A stretch of 64,000 bases of DNA, taken from IMG/VR virus record IMGVR_UViG_3300045988_162923; one strand, written 5' to 3'. How positions within the stretch are numbered: the stretch's first letter is position 1; each line of letters opens with the position of its first letter. This DNA comes from a virus. The notes under the pieces are model-generated. The model was given only the letters and a program-made list of their open reading frames with translations, was not told where the DNA came from and ran no database searches. Shown in pieces: positions 63,877-64,000 of the stretch. Position numbers and translations under genes: made by a program.

Positions 63877-64000
63877 AATCATGTTCTCCCATTACTTCGT
63901 CAAGGATTTGAATAAAACGCATTACATCTCTTTCATAAAGGGATTTAGCTGTTGAAAGGCTCATTCCTTCATGCACATCAACTTGTATTGCTTTATATCG
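63877..64000 (-). CDS. 3' end of an upstream minus-strand gene (partial at window edge)
   Basis: Open frame ...FIQILDEVMGEHD ends at TAA 63877-63879, just before the helicase ATG. Confidence 0.4.

Noticed and set aside
1-64000. Interpretation that the many short same-strand ORFs are a degraded prophage full of pseudogenes
   Set aside because: The fragments are co-linear in a single frame for up to 9 kb and are interrupted exclusively by TAG. They contain conserved motifs that span the breaks, such as helicase motif III and the NrdD glycyl-radical site. Decay would produce frameshifts and a mix of stop codons.

Overview
This 64 kb window reads as part of a large, AT-rich tailed phage or prophage whose genes only make sense if TAG is translated as an amino acid, very probably glutamine (translation table 15). 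The six-frame track breaks almost every gene into pieces because it treats TAG as a stop. When TAG is read through, the plus strand from 1 to 47.3 kb becomes one late, structural module. It contains a major tail protein, a 3065-aa tape measure protein, several giant fibre or baseplate proteins and an LL-H-family holin. Rho-independent terminators divide this module into transcription units. The minus strand from 51.1 to 64 kb is a replication and nucleotide-metabolism module: Dda/RecD-like helicase, DnaE-type polymerase, guanylate kinase, anaerobic ribonucleotide reductase NrdD/NrdG, dUTPase and a RuvC-like resolvase. These genes are intact or carry only a few TAGs. Between the two modules sits a LytTR-type regulator with a degenerate receiver domain and a small plus-strand cassette. 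The cassette encodes a BclA-C-terminal-domain-like protein, cysteine-rich proteins and an HExxH peptidase. TAA and TGA are the stops actually used. No suppressor tRNA, RF2 or GlnRS was found here. The low GC, GGAGG ribosome-binding sites, sigma-A-like promoters and NrdDG point to a strictly anaerobic Firmicutes host. All coordinates were counted by hand, so allow a few nucleotides of error.
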